Shown piece by piece: positions 26,251-40,226 of a stretch of 64,000 bases of DNA (positions are counted from its first letter, which is position 1; every line of letters begins with the position of its first letter). Location: positions 15,934,001 to 15,998,000 of the forward strand of contig OY740812.1 of NCBI GenBank assembly GCA_963514005.1, given 5' to 3'. This stretch comes from Raja brachyura (lineage: Eukaryota). The notes beneath the pieces are model-generated. The model had not been told where the DNA came from, ran no database searches, and worked only from the letters and a program-made list of their open reading frames with translations. Position numbers and translations under genes: made by a program.

Positions 26251-26390
26251 AGGGCAGTAAAGTGGGTAGAGCTGCTGCCTCACAGCACCAGAGACCTGGG
26301 TTCGGTCCTGACCTTGGGTGCTCTGTGTGGAATTTGTGCATTCTCTCTGTAACTGCATGGATCTGGTTCCCTCCCACATCTGAAAGATGT
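26251..26390 (+). mobile_element. SINE 5' fragment
   Basis: A/B-box-like head (gtagagctgctgcctcacagc..ctgggttcggtcc) similar to the 50223 copy. Confidence 0.65.
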
Positions 26391-27163
26391 GGAAAAGGGA
26401 GCAGGTCAAGATGTTGTCATTTCTCTTCTGTTGTAGATTATCCATTGTGTCCAGACAAAGTTCCTGCTCAAAGGAAATCAGAAATCTGAAGAAGTAGAAT
26501 TAATAAAACGGCAGTGTGTTAAACTTGTATTTATTTGTCATTAGGCTTCATAAAAGTTATTTCAATGGTTCTGCCAGCCGCTATGTGTGGCACATGGAAG
26601 AACTGCAAGACTTTATCTCGTAGAATAAAAATGGATGGGAGCTTCTTTGTTTGGAACAGAGAAGGCTGAGGGGTGACTAAAATTAGAGTTCCTTAAAGTT
26701 AAAAGTTTGATATAGTATATGTGGAGAAAATATTACCATTTGTGAATGAAACCAAAGCTAGTAATGAAGTTCTCAATAACAATTAGGAATTCAGAACAAA
26801 TGTATTTACAATGTGGAACATATTACACAGTGGAGCAGTTGCAGAAAAATATGGATGCATATAATGCTCAGCATATGAAGAAGAAAGGAATAGATGAGTA
26901 TGAGAGTTAGATAAAGTTTGGTTGAGCTAGGCTCAAGCATCATGTACATTAAAACAATTAGGCTGAATGGTTTGTCTTTATGTATTTCTGCATTACAATG
27001 TTCTAATTTTATGAAGTGTTTTTGCTTAATGTTTCAAGATGTAGTTGCATGGATGTAATTTGTTACTATATGAAGTAACTTATTTCAAAATAATATCAAT
27101 TATATTATCGGTTTATTTAGTTATTGCAGCCGTTCAATTTAAAATACTACTTTTATTTCCAAG

Positions 27164-27271
27164 ATATGACCCCGTGCATGTCACCGTTACCCTATGATGG
27201 TCCACTGATTGAGAGGCCTGGTCTTGTTCAGATTGAAGAGGAAAATGAAGCTACCTTTAAATCACGGTTGG
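27164..27271 (+). CDS. NBR1: NBR1 exon 15
   Basis: ccaag|(D)MTPCMSPLPYDGPLIERPGLVQIEEENEATFKSRL+G|gtacgg. Confidence 0.9.
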
Positions 27272-29583
27272 GTACGGAATACTTTTTTTAAAATTTGGAG
27301 CAATGAACTCTGTTTCAAAATTTTAAATTGCAGTTATTTTCCTGTTAGAAGAAAAACGTCTCTGGTATTAAATCCCCTTGAGGTGGAATCTGTCTTCTAT
27401 ATTAACATTTGAGTGATTGCATCACGATTGTATGACTTGTATATCCATAATCAGGTGTTATAAATGCAGACAATGCTGGCGTTGCTCAGCAAGTGAGGCA
27501 GCATCCCCTCCATAAATGTTGCCTGAACTGCAGGGTGTTTCCAGCACTTTCTACAGCACCTGCAGTTTCAGTTTGCCTTTCATTTTGGTATATTTTGTTA
27601 GTTATTTTATTCAGAGAGTGCCAGCCCTTGGCCGCCTCCCTTTGTTCACACCAGATGATATGTTATCTGGGGTGGGAGGGAATATAGTTTCAACACTCCT
27701 TTGCAGCTTTTGCTTATTCTTCCCCCCCCCCCCCCCCCCCCCCCCCCCTCCCCATGCCCATTACAGTTGAGGGCATCAGTCAATTTCTGACTGTTATTTT
27801 AAGTTTCAAGATAAATTCTCATTTCCCACATGGTGGATTATAGATGGATGAAGCACCAGTATCCTGGGTGCAACTGGCCAAATTGCCTTTCAGTGCTGAA
27901 ACAACACTACATGATGATCTATTGGTGACCAGAGTAGTTCATTGGCCAGCATACCCTGTGCTGTGGCGAGAGATGTGTTCAGTTTACCTTCATGGGTCTG
28001 TAGTTTGAAAGAGGAGTTGGTGATAGATTATACTGATACTTTGGATATTGTTGAGACGGGCATCAGGGGCCAGCAAATTCAGTTTTGGGGAAATTGAGGA
28101 CCAGTATAATGAGTGTGGGAGATTGGCTTCTCACAAAATCACTGGTTGGCATTGATAAATGGTAATTCCTAGCCCAGAACTCAGATGGTTAAGATCTGGA
28201 ATTGAATGCAGTTGGGGATGATACAGGTTGTGTGGGTCCCATGGACATACAGTCTAAAGATGAAAGTAAGTATTTAATTTACCAGGTGGTTGTAGTCTGA
28301 TGCTGGGGTGGTGGACCCAGTTGTTTTGAGTTACCAAATGATGGGCACTCCTGTGACCACTATTCCAAGTTTGTTTCTGATTCTCTGAAAGGAACCATTA
28401 CATAGAAATGGTGGTTGTTGTGGTGCTGCTGCAGACATTGCATCCAAAATCAGTAGGAAAACTGGTACCCTGGTGTGCCCCGCTAAATTCCCAAAGGGAC
28501 ATGAAGTGATTGTTACCAAGTTTCACTCCATGACACTGGGGGTGGGAGGAACAGAGCCGTTGAATTTCTAGTTAACACATCCTCCCTTCTCCGATTTGCA
28601 CACAAAGCTAATATTGTCAGGACAATGCACTGAATTTCTACAGGCTACATTGCCAAAAAGAATTTAATAGAATAACATGACCTATAAAAACTCTGATAAT
28701 CAGTAGAACTAATCCAATCAAGACTTCAATAGGAATACCAGGCTTTTTTTTCTTTTTTCAAAAAATGAAATAAAAACATCTGGTCTGGAAATTTTACTCC
28801 ATTCACCAATCCTGCAGCTTAGCAGACCAAAGGGAAAAAAATCTTTAAATCTTACTTTTGCATGCTTTCATTGTAATGGTCGTTTTTGCTATTTTATTCG
28901 TAAATCAAATCTTGACAGATGTACAAAAAGGAGAAACTATCCAACAGAATACAATGTGTATTTCAATTCAATAAATCTGGTAATTAATGGGCTAGCATCA
29001 ATAATGTTATGATTGTCTAAGTTGAAGTTAAATCAACCTTTATGCATGAAAGGAACTCCCCCCTCCACAGCTCCCCATGGATCATCACCGTGTAATTGAT
29101 TCTTAATATCTTAAGGGCAGTTTGCTATTGGTAATAAATGTCACCCACATTTATTAAAAAAGACATTCAATAGATGATTCTTTATCATGAATAACTGAAG
29201 AGTAACACCATTAAACTGGATAGGCCAGAAGAATGGTCCCAAACCAAATGGTTGTCTGTCCATTCTCTCCAAGGTACTGCCTGACCCGCTGCATTCCTCC
29301 AACACTTTGTTTTGCTCAAGATTCCTGCATCTGTGTGTAGTTCCTTGTGCATCTCTAAGTAGCTACTGTGATTGGAAATTAATAATTACAGTATACATGA
29401 TGGCTTTCTAGTTAACAATGACTGCTTTTCTGTCCACTTTAAATTGGACAGTATTTTGACATTTCTGTATTGAACATTTCAATTTCTCCAAGTATTGGCA
29501 ATCTAATTTGCATTTTTTAAAAATTTGGTTTGTTAATTGATGTCATTTGTCTTTGACTCGCGTCTTATTCTCTTTCCCAATAG

Positions 29584-29712
29584 ATCATCCTCATTTAGAG
29601 GACGGGGATGAGGACATCAGTGGAACTCAGTTTGTTTGTGAGACGGTTATTCGTTCTCTAGCTTTAGATGAGGCTCCTGATTTGTTGCCACGCCGTAGGA
29701 GTAAACCAGACA
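29584..29712 (+). CDS. NBR1: NBR1 exon 16
   Basis: aatag|..DEDISGTQFVCETVIRSLALDEAPD..|gtgagt. Confidence 0.93.
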
Positions 29713-29896
29713 GTGAGTAAATATATGCAAGGGATAAGTGCCCACTGTGGCAGAAACAATAATGGCTTAAACATCATTGGTTTTCTGTGGAAAGTATAAC
29801 CATTTGTGATCTTCAAAATTAAACTCAAGTTGCCCTACAGGCAGAATTTGTCTTATTTGTTTAACTACTTTAGCTGGTTACTTTCGCTCCATGTTC

Positions 29897-30048
29897 NNNN
29901 NNNNNNNNNNNNNNNNNNNNNNNNNNNNNNNNNNNNNNNNNNNNNNNNNNNNNNNNNNNNNNNNNNNNNNNNNNNNNNNNNNNNNNNNNNNNNNNNNNNN
30001 NNNNNNNNNNNNNNNNNNNNNNNNNNNNNNNNNNNNNNNNNNNNNNNN
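29897..30048. other. Assembly gap (152 N)
   Basis: Run of N. Confidence 1.
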
Positions 30049-30286
30049 TGTTTATTTGCATGTGAATGAACAATCCCTCAGTGAGATTTAGCAATTTCCC
30101 ATTGTTATTCCTAAAATTAAAATTATATGGGATTATAAACTTTGCTCTTATACAATTTTACCTAACTTTACAAATCAACATTTTTAATTCAATGAATGTA
30201 CTGCAACATTGAGAATCATACAAGATTCATATATCGTGTCATGTGCAAAAAATATTTAAAAAAGCACAATTTAACTTAATTTATTC

Positions 30287-33200
30287 TTTTTTTTTGTTTT
30301 TGAATAATTTTTTTATTAGCAATAAACAATTCTCAATGTTTAAAACTAAGTTATAAACATCCACTTAAATCAATATTTGTACTCTAATGATTATTATCTT
30401 TTTTTTTTGAAAATAAAAGTGGGTATAGAGAAATACCATTATTAATCAATAAAATTATAATTCCTTAATAATTATTTGGTATAAAAGAAAAAGAAAAAAT
30501 GAAGAAAAAGAAAAAAGACATATTATGTATATATATCAATTAAAAGCCACACAATATATTATAAATGAAACAACTACAAATAATAATATCAGTAAAGACA
30601 TGCATATTTCCTGGTATACTAATACATTATTTTCATCAAATCCCGCAGGGTGTCAGTCGAGCCGTGATGCCAAGAACAGCTACTTCTCTAAATACTGTAT
30701 ATATGGAGACCATATCTGTTGAAAAGAATTATACTCGTCCAAAAGGACAAATCTGATTCTTTCCAACTGCAACGTCTCCAACATCTCTGATGCCCACATT
30801 TTAATTGTTGGGGATAATGTTCCCTTCCAAAATTTCAATATTATTTTTTTCCCCAATATCAAACAATAATCAAGGAAATTTCTTTGGTCTGGTGTAAATA
30901 TCAAATTAGCCTCTGGAATTCCCAGTATTATTAGCTTTGGGTCAGGTTCTAATTTAACCTTAAGAACTTCAGAAATTACTTAAAAAATTTCTGTCCAATA
31001 ATAATTCAATTTAGGACATGTAACAAAACTGTGTGTTAAATTTGCTTCTAAATTCTTACATTTATCACAAATAGAGGAGAGATTAGGAAATATACTATTT
31101 AATTTGGCTTTTGAATAATGTAATCTATATAATACTTTAAATTGTATTAATATATGTCTAGCATTTAACGAGCACCGGTGTATTCGTTGTAGACTTTCTC
31201 CCCAATTTTCTTTGGTTATAGGTGATCCAATTTCATTTTCCCATGCTTGACGATATGTTTCAGTTATTGGATTCTCATTATCCATAATGATGTTATATAT
31301 ATAAGCTATTAATTTTTCTGTGGTTGGATGCCAGTTAAACGATTCATCTAATAATCCTGGTTCCTTATTTTTAAAATCCTGTGTATTAGATTTAATATAA
31401 TCTCTAATTTGGAAATACCTAAACAAATGCTGTGAAGACAATCCGTAGATATCTTGTAATTCCTGAAATGAAAGAAATTTTCCATTTCTATAAAGGTGCT
31501 CTACCCTTGTAATTCCTAAATTATCCCAATGTCTGAACCCTCCATCCAATGTGGAGGGCTTAAATAATGGGTTATTCATAATTGGTAATCTAAATGAAAG
31601 GTTGTCTAATTGTAAAGTCTTGACTATTTGTTTCCAAATACGTCTATTATTATAAATGATTGGATTGTCCCTATAAGTTTTTTTTTGAACTTCCTTTGGG
31701 GCAAAAATAATTGAATCTACGTTGAAAGGCAAACAATCTTCCTTTTCTATCTTTAGCCACGTTGGTTCCAGGTCCGTATTTACCCACCAAAAATTCATAT
31801 TCTTAATCTGTACTGCCCAGAAGTAGTATAAAAAATTTGGAAGTGCTAATCCTCCATTTATCTTTGACTTACATAAATGTTTTTTACTTATTCTATGATT
31901 TTTATAATCCCAAATAAAACTATTAACAATATTATCAATTTTTTTTAAAAAGGTTTTCGGAAGGAAAAAAGGGATAGCTTGAAACAGATATAATAATTGT
32001 GGTAGAAAAACCATCTTTATAGCATTTATTCTACCAATCAAAGATATAGGCAGTGTTTTCCAATATAAAATATTTTTTTTAAGTTTATCTAATAATTGAG
32101 GATAATTCGATCTAATTAATGAGTTATGTGATTTAGATACATTAATTCCTAAATATTTAATTTTGTCAGTAACTATTGATAATGGATATTGTTGTAATAT
32201 GTTTAAATTTATATTAGTTATTGGCATAATATCACTTTTATTCCAATTAATCCTATATCCAGAAAATGTACTAAATTTATTTATAACATCAAACAACATT
32301 GGAATACTAATTTCAGGTTTTGTGATGTAAATCAAAACATCCTCCGCATATAAGGATATTTTATTAGTTGTTCTGTCAGTATTATAACCGTATATTTCAG
32401 GTTCTGACCTAATTCTTTCCGCCAAAGGCTCTATCGCCAAGGCAAATAATAAAGGCGATAACGGACATCCTTGTCTACATCCCCTAAAGAGTTTAAATTT
32501 AACTGATAGTATTTGATTAGTTAGAATTCTTGCAGTAGGATCTGAGTATAGGATTCTTACCCATTTACAAAATTGATCCCCCAATTGAAACTTTTCCATT
32601 ATATTAAATAGATATAACCATTCCACCTGGTCAAATGCTTTTTCTGCGTCTAACGATATGACTGCTAATTCCGTATCTCGTATTCTTTTAGAATATATAA
32701 TATTAAACAGGCGTCTTAAATTATGAGACGAATAGCGTTTTGGAATAAAACCTGTTTGATCATAATGTATTAATTTAGAGATCACCAAACTTAGTCTCCT
32801 AGATAAAACTTTAGCTAATATTTTTTGGTCTGTATTTAGAAGGGCAATCGCTCTATATGAACCAGGATCTTCCAGATCTTTATCTACCTTAGGTATAAGT
32901 GTAATTGTGGATTCATTTAAAGAGTCTGGTAATTTTCCTTGTTCGTATGCATGTCTATACACTGTATGTAGTCTTGGAGAGATCAGATCTTGAAATTTTT
33001 TATAAAATTCTGCACTCAGGCCGTCAGGCCCCGCAGCTTTTCCATTCTTTAACGAACCAATTGATTCTGCGATATCTTTCACTGATATTTCAGCATTTAA
33101 CAAATGTCTTCCTTCCTGATCTAAACTCTTAATTTGACATTCTTTTAGAAATGTTTCCATTCCATCTGTTTGTCCTGTTAATTTTGATGAGTAAAGATTT

Positions 33201-34114
33201 TGGTAATATTGTAAAAATCTATCATTAATATCTTTTGGTATGGTCAGTATATTTCCTTGCATTGATCTGATTCCATGTATCGTTTTTTCATCGTCTAATT
33301 TTCTTAATTGTCTTGCTAGCAATTTATGCGGTTTATCTCCAAATTCAAAATGCACTTGTTTGGTTTGTTGATAAAGTTTGATGACTTGATTAGAGTATAT
33401 TTCGTTTAGTCTATACTTTGCTATTGCAATTTTATTACTTAACTCCTTAGAAGGGTGTTTTATATTCTCATTGTCTAGTTGTTTTATCTCCATTTCTAAC
33501 TTCTGTTCCCTCTTTCGGTTTTCTTTATTAAAATATGCTTGTGCCGATATTATTGCACCACGCATGAATGCCTTAAATGTATCCCAAAGTAACAATGGTG
33601 AAATTTCAGGTGTGTCGTTTGTCTCAAAGAATAATTTAATCTGTTCTGTCACATGATTACAACAATCCTTGTCCTTCAGTATCTGAGGATTAAATCTCCA
33701 AGTCATAGTTTTATTAGATATATCTTTTAGTTTTATCTTAAATGTTAATGGTGCATGATCTGAAATAATAATATTGTGATATTTTGCATTGTATGCATAG
33801 GGAAGCAGTTTTGAGTCTATTAAAAAGTAATCTATCCTCGAGTAGGTTCCGAATACGGGCGAGAAAAAAGAATATTCTCGTCCGGAAGGGTTCTCTAATC
33901 TCCAAATATCCTTAACGTTAGTTGAGTTAATGAAAGAATTTATAAGTTTACTTGAGTTAGAAATAGCTTTCCTTTTTGTTGAGGATCTGTCTAAGTAGTT
34001 ATCCAAAGTGCAATTTAAATCGCCCCCAATTATTAAATTATGTTGAGTGGATATAGGAATATTATTGAATATTTTCTTGAAAAATAATGGGTTATCGAAA
34101 TTAGGAGCATATAT
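30287..34114 (-). mobile_element. 5'-truncated L1-clade LINE, antisense in NBR1 intron 16
   Basis: Partial APE endonuclease (IYAPN, GGDLN, SRIDY, SDH), RT and C-terminal CCHC-type region, followed by a 3' UTR and A-rich tail near 30287-30315. Confidence 0.93.
30680..34114 (-). pseudogene. L1 ORF2 (EN-RT), disabled
   Basis: Frame is continuous from 34114 to 30680 except one TAA at 30980-30982; the RT motif reads YAED rather than YADD; the N-terminus is missing. Confidence 0.88.
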
Positions 34115-34745
34115 GATTTATATTTCTAAATGGTGCTTAATTTTTTGTTTTTGGTACCACGTCCCAGTTTCTTCTGGTTTCCATTTAAGGTGTGTGTTGA
34201 TTTAAAAGTATCAATCTATAATCATTTAAAATTAATATCAATAGACGGGTTATCATTTTAAAACCTTTTTAGATGTACAAGATAATGTCTGTTTTCTTTA
34301 GTTTTATAATGTTGGCACTTTCATGAATAAGTTTCGGAGTTGCTGTAAAATATAAATTCTGAATTAGTAAATAAGTACTGCAAAGAGATGTTGCTTCTGG
34401 CGAGCTGGTCACACAAAATCCAATGAGAAATTTCTCCCACAAAATGTCAATGAACTGCCTTTTTGTGACTCCTGTCATGCAACTTTTTTTAAGTGAAAAT
34501 AAATAAAGACCTAATGCTGTCCCAGTGTGTGGAGCAGGTACAGGAAACATTTAGCACTTTTTAAAGTAACATTTCCAATTCTCAATCTTGCATAAATGTG
34601 CTGAATATTAAAAAATAAAAATGAGAGACCGTTGAAGCTATTAACATTTTCTGCTGTTATTATTTGAGCTGGTATAAACAAACAGAAAATAAAGAAAAAC
34701 AGTTGCTTAAATTCAATTGTTGCTGTTAATCTCTCATTTGAACAG

Positions 34746-34880
34746 GTGCTTTCCAGGAAATTCAAGAAATCTCTAGCACTGATATTAGTAGCAGTGAATG
34801 GAAAACTGACGAAATCACTATGGCAAAAGTTATTGCAATGGGGCAGACAAAACTTTGCACAGAGGAGGCACAGGAGAAAG
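34746..34880 (+). CDS. NBR1: NBR1 exon 17 (135 nt, poorly conserved linker; possible cassette)
   Basis: aacag|..|gtaacc; open in phase 1-1 (SAFQEIQEISSTD..EEAQEK); no recognisable motif. Confidence 0.65.
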
Positions 34881-35665
34881 GTAACCAGAGCAACAATAGA
34901 TTGTTGTTTTGAAGGCATGCTATTTAGTCCATGACAGGAGATTGCAGTAAGGGGCTGAATATTTACTTTGGGAAGTGGAGCTGCTGGAAAAATTCAATGG
35001 GTCAGGCAGCATCTGTGGATGTTAATTCATCAAGCCTACTCTGCAATTTAAAATACCATGACAGAGCTGACTGAAACTTCAACTCCACATTCTCATCCAC
35101 CATCAGTAACCTTTGAGTCCTTTGTTTATCAGAGATCTATTTACCTGCCTTAAAAGTTGTTAAAGATTTTGCTTCCACTGCTCTTTGTGTGGTTATTGCT
35201 GAAGACTCATGATCTTTTGAGAGAGAAAAATCGCAATATCTGATTTTCAACTGGTAACCCCTTATTTTTAATTGGTGATATCTAGTTTTGAATTCTCCCT
35301 TGACAAAACACCCTCTCCACACCCACCCCACTAAGACCCCTCAAGATCTGGCATATTTCAATCCACTTGCATTTTCACTCTTCTAAACTCCAGTAATAAC
35401 TCTAATCCCAAATTTTGCTCCAGAAGTCAATATGGCAGTTATATGTATTAGTCTAGCAAATCATCTCTGTATGACTGAAATCTGTCCTGTATAGTTATCT
35501 AAGTGTCATCTCTTTATTGCTCTATATAATTGTACAATCCAATAAATGAACAATATTTTATAAAGAATCATTATCATTATTGATCTCCATGTTCATCTTT
35601 CGAAAATTGCATTTAAAGTGATGTGTCAATTAGTGAATGAGTGATTATTTGTTTTTGGCCCACAG

Positions 35666-36020
35666 ATAACATTGAAACTGATGGTATCAATGAGTGCTTT
35701 GAAGAAAAGTATGAAATAGAAAGCCAGGGGTCCTCTGACTGTTCGGAGGATTACATTATCATTTTACCCGAGTGTTTTGATACCAGTCGCCCTCTGGGTG
35801 AATCGATGTATAGTTCTGCCCTTTCCCAGCCTGAAGAAATGGAGGAGGAGGAGGAGGAGATAGAAGTGGTATCTGATGTTGAAATCTCAGAGAGTGAAAA
35901 CCCTGTCTGTGAAAATAAGCCTCAGTCACATAACATTAATGATATATTATGTATATCTCAGACACTGGAAATGGAGCTCCTTAAGCCTGAGGTCGTGTCT
36001 GCTCCACTGCACCAACAAAG
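35666..36020 (+). CDS. NBR1: NBR1 exon 18 (main LIR, SEDYIII)
   Basis: cacag|..SQGSSDCSEDYIIILPECFDTSRPLGESMYSSALSQP..|gtaatg. Confidence 0.95.
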
Positions 36021-37582
36021 GTAATGTTTTTCAATTGTTCTTTGTGCACTTGAGTGAAATCAGAAGCTGAGTGTGTGGCTCAAATTGCTCTGGGCCTAAT
36101 TTGGTTTTTAATTCTGGGATGCTGGCACAAAATCTTTAATCGGGCTGGGATAAGTACCCTAGTGAATGGAAGAAACGGGGCTGTGAAATTTAAAGGCTGT
36201 AAACTAATTGGTAGGGTGCAGGGATTAGGTGGGGTAAAAAGTAGAGATGTAAGGGCAAGTTCAGGGTAATGGTGCTGCATCAGATATGGGTATCATAACC
36301 AGAGTCTGTCAGGAAGGGAGAGATCATAAAAGCAGAATATGCATTCATTTAATATTAAATTCAGAAAATAATAATAAAAAGAAAAAGACCCATATTCGCA
36401 CAGTTATTTGTAACAATTACATAATGGTGTAAATTAACTCTGAGAGCCAATACAGAGATGAGGTTGCAAAGCAATCAAAGTTGAGAAATAATTATTAGAA
36501 GAGTTGGCCAAAATGGACGAGATGCAGAATATCCCTTATGATAAAGGATATGATAACGGCGGTAGATTGAGGATCTTAGTTCAAAATTCAGAAGTAGAAT
36601 CTGTTCAGCTGGAACTAAGAAACAGGGAGGGCCTTCCATCCCTAAAACTAAATCAGTATTTTGAGCATCTGGGCAATCTTTGATCTACAATTATGAAATA
36701 AAATGGTATTATTTAACCTGATAATTAAGGGGCCCTTGGAGAAGAATGTTTAAAGCATGATGGAATATATAAGTTTTAAAATACATAAGTTGTAAAAGAT
36801 TCAGCTCAATCTGAATGCAGATTTAATTCGAAAAGAAGCAACCTAGAAGTTGTGAACCGGGAAGTATATGTCTTAAGGTACAATCAACTCAGAAAAAGTG
36901 GTCCATGAGAAATCAAAATAGTATTACATCAAGAAAACCGTTTACAACATTGCCAAAAACAACAGTAAACCTTTGGATATAGAAATTACAAATGTAATTA
37001 AAGATGTCCCAGAAATTGATAAGGAAGGGAAAAGTAGGGTATGAGCATAATTCAGTGGGAGGACATTGGTAAATGCTTCTGTAGATCTGTAAAACAAAAA
37101 AGGAAATGATTCATGAATGTTAAGTGTGAATGGTTTACACACAGACAGAAAAAAAGTATTGGGGAACACAAACTGCAGATCTAGGAATTACAAGAAAAAA
37201 ACAGGTTAGTGGAGGAATTTGACAGGTCAGGCATCATCTGTGGAGGGAATAGACAGACGTTTTTGGGTTTGAGGCCCTGGTTTCAGGCTCTTCTTCAGAC
37301 ACTTCAGTCAGAACATTGTATTTGGAACTTGAGGCAATGCAGCGAAATTAAACAATTTGAATGTTTAATGATGAATACAACAGCCTTATGACTAAACTGG
37401 TCTAAATTGAATGAAGCCAGGTTAGGGCACTTGCCAGTAAGTTATTTACCAAATGTAGTGCGAACTAAACCAGCATCTGTGGTAACTTATGCCTGCATAA
37501 CAAATGAATTTGCATTCTGCTGAATGAAAGTCAATTGCATGGACGAAAATAATTTACGTTTGTGTTCTTGCTGTCATTGAAG

Positions 37583-37689
37583 GAATGATGGTGCAACTAT
37601 AAATTCACACGAGCTTTACCCTGATGTGCCGGAAATACTTGAGGCAGAGAATCCTCCCATTAATTCACCTGTTCTTCAACAACGCAATG
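37583..37689 (+). CDS. NBR1: NBR1 exon 19
   Basis: tgaag|NDGATINSHELYPDVPEILEAENPPINSPVLQQRN+G|gtaatc; phase 2-1 fits the chain. Confidence 0.72.
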
Positions 37690-38935
37690 GTAATCATGAT
37701 CTAATAATACATTTTCAGTCGCCATAATGCTTCTTCATCTTGTTTTTTGCTGCCCTTGCACCCTTTTTGTTTATTTTGCTCCAACATTTCAGTTTAAGAA
37801 TAAGCCTTTATATTACAGTAAACATGTAAGTGTTGCAGTAACAGTGATAAAAATATGATAGAAATCTGGAATATAGATTATTATTTTACTGTCTGAGTGG
37901 AAACTAGCATTAAGCCTAGTTCTGACTTGAACTTGGCTTGCAGTTTTGGTCCTACAGTAATTGCTGATGAACTTGGCTGGAGATGCCAACTTGAAAACGA
38001 CAACAAAGGTTGTTATTTTTTTTGGACTGCATCTTATTGAGTGCATTCAGGACAGACTGGTAGATTTTTAAAGGCATTGGGGGATTTGGTCTACGATAAA
38101 TTTGTAAAGGTGCGGGATGAGTCATGATATTACTGAACGGTGAGGCTCGCTAAGGGAATGATTGACGTTTTTTTAACTTTTTTTAAAGTTTGAGGCAAAG
38201 TAGCAATGCACTTAGTTTTAGGTGTCCTCAGAACAGATGTACTGATGATTTGATGAGGTGTTTGAGAACTGATGCTTTTTAAGTTCTATTCAAACCAATA
38301 GAAACAAATGAACAAGTAATAGGTTATTGTTAGCTCTTAAAATGGTATTTAACTATTGCAAATAAAAATTGGCTTATTTGTTTAGAAAGGATCTTGTCTT
38401 AAAAGTTAGTCACCAAATACATGTAGCCTTTTTTAATGGACTGTCAGTTAATTTAAACAGCAAACGTCCGCTTATCAATCCTCGGATGGCCATTTGTTGC
38501 AAAAGCTTCAAACATTAGTACCTTACATTAAATGCAGGCTGGGGCAATGTTTCAATTTAACATCCCATCTTGGCTACTTCAAATGCAATTTAATGCTTGA
38601 AATATCTGGTGCAATTTATACCCGGAAAATAATACAAATTTTAAGATTTTATCTGGAAAAGAAAACTTAATGTTAACACTGTCCACAGATCAACAGCTGG
38701 ATATTTCAGATTTGACTCAAATATATCTCTTAACTTGGGCCTAATGTTCTGTTATTTGTCCTTCGATTCAATCACATTCAATAAAAAATAATATGCTTGT
38801 TTAAAACTGCATCCATAAGTGAACTTATTTTATTATTGGATTGAGAATAGATCGCTCTTCCAGTGCACAGTCAATAAACCTTTTTGTTTTTAAGTCTTCT
38901 TACTATTTTATGGTTGTTGTGGTGTCTGTTCACAG

Positions 38936-39014
38936 TGTCCACGATTTTGGAAGTGGAATGTGCAGAGGTACCAAGGATCATGAATAACAAACCACTCCAG
39001 TGCCCACATTTAAG
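38936..39014 (+). CDS. NBR1: NBR1 exon 20
   Basis: cacag|(V)STILEVECAEVPRIMNNKPLQCPHL+AG|gtgaca; phase 1-2 restores the frame into exon 21. Confidence 0.68.
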
Positions 39015-40126
39015 GTGACAACACTGTCTGCTTATGTATATTTTCTATTCATCAAAACTTAGCATATACATTGGATTCCTTAATTCTTGGGGCTTTGGAA
39101 GGAATATGATTTGGACAACCAAATCCAAAGTTGACAGTAAGCTTTTTTTGGTTGCAATTTAATATTTTGGGTAAAATCCAATCATGTACTTTTGGAACAT
39201 TGTAAAGAAAATTGTGTCATGTTGTTCTCAGTGTGACTGTTCTTTGATGGCTGGTGGCCATGCTAAGATGGCCATGTTTTACTGATCCTACACTTGATAT
39301 TCCTGTAAACTTGTTCATTCATTTCCTTTGTCAAGGCATAACCTTGTGATTCTCCTAGCCCTTGAGCTGTACCTCCTGTTCTTGATCGCTAGTGCATGAA
39401 TCCTTGATTTATACCTGCCCCCATCCCACTACCACCAAAAGTTCAATATGCACCCATTTCCTTTAGAAGCTAATCCCTTCATCGTCTGTTTTACTCCACT
39501 GCCTCCTCTCCTTTACTTGGCTCATTTGGGCCAAGGGGCACTTGTCCTGCCCAACAACATATTGGCAACTCCTTAGATCATGCGTGCCCTAAAATTTGTG
39601 CCTTACTAAATAGGTCTTTGATCACAGTAAAAAAAATGGGTCTGTTTTTAGACCAGAGATCCAAACTGTAACAAAAACATTACCCACTATTGATGTTTGC
39701 TCAGTTGCTTCTGTCCTGTACTGCAGTCACTCTGGGTTCGTCCCACTGCAGTAGATTGAGCACATAAAATCAATAAAGTCATCAGTGCATAACATAGGAG
39801 GGGCTGTGATACCATCTTAAAGATAAACAGTTTTCTTTCTCTTGACACATGGACGACTTGGAAGAAGAAAGTATACGTTATAATGCTCGGCGTTGAATAC
39901 TCTCCCCAGCTTTTGTATGTGAAATGGCTAATTGGGGTGGCTGGGGTACGAATAGAAGGCGACTAGTGCCTGGATATCAGTACCTCTGCACTGAACCCAA
40001 GATTTCCAGAGAAAGCAAAAGGTTGGATAATAGGGAGCCTTTTTCTAACTGCCCCATCTTCAAGTTTGATTAGTCCTTTTACAAACTTAAGTCTGCTTTC
40101 TATTTTTTGTTTGATTTCCATTATAG

Positions 40127-40226
40127 ACACCATAGTGGCATTGCTGGTGAGCTAGTGAAGGGAGCCCTGTCTGTGGCGGCTTCTGCCTATAAAGCCCTTT
40201 TTGCAGGCGACGCCAATGTGGTACAG
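40127..40226 (+). CDS. NBR1: NBR1 exon 21 (J amphipathic helix)
   Basis: tatag|(R)HHSGIAGELVKGALSVAASAYKALFAGDANVVQ|gtatat. Confidence 0.95.

Noticed and set aside
27722-27753. Long poly-C tract giving a poly-Pro ORF
   Set aside because: Intronic homopolymer of unreliable length with no exon context.
30980-34006. 1008-aa ORF as a functional or domesticated RT gene
   Set aside because: 5'-truncated, no ATG start, premature stop and YAED active site; an ordinary L1 copy.
34368-34538. Possible extra NBR1 exon before exon 17
   Set aside because: All three frames reach stops before the candidate donor.
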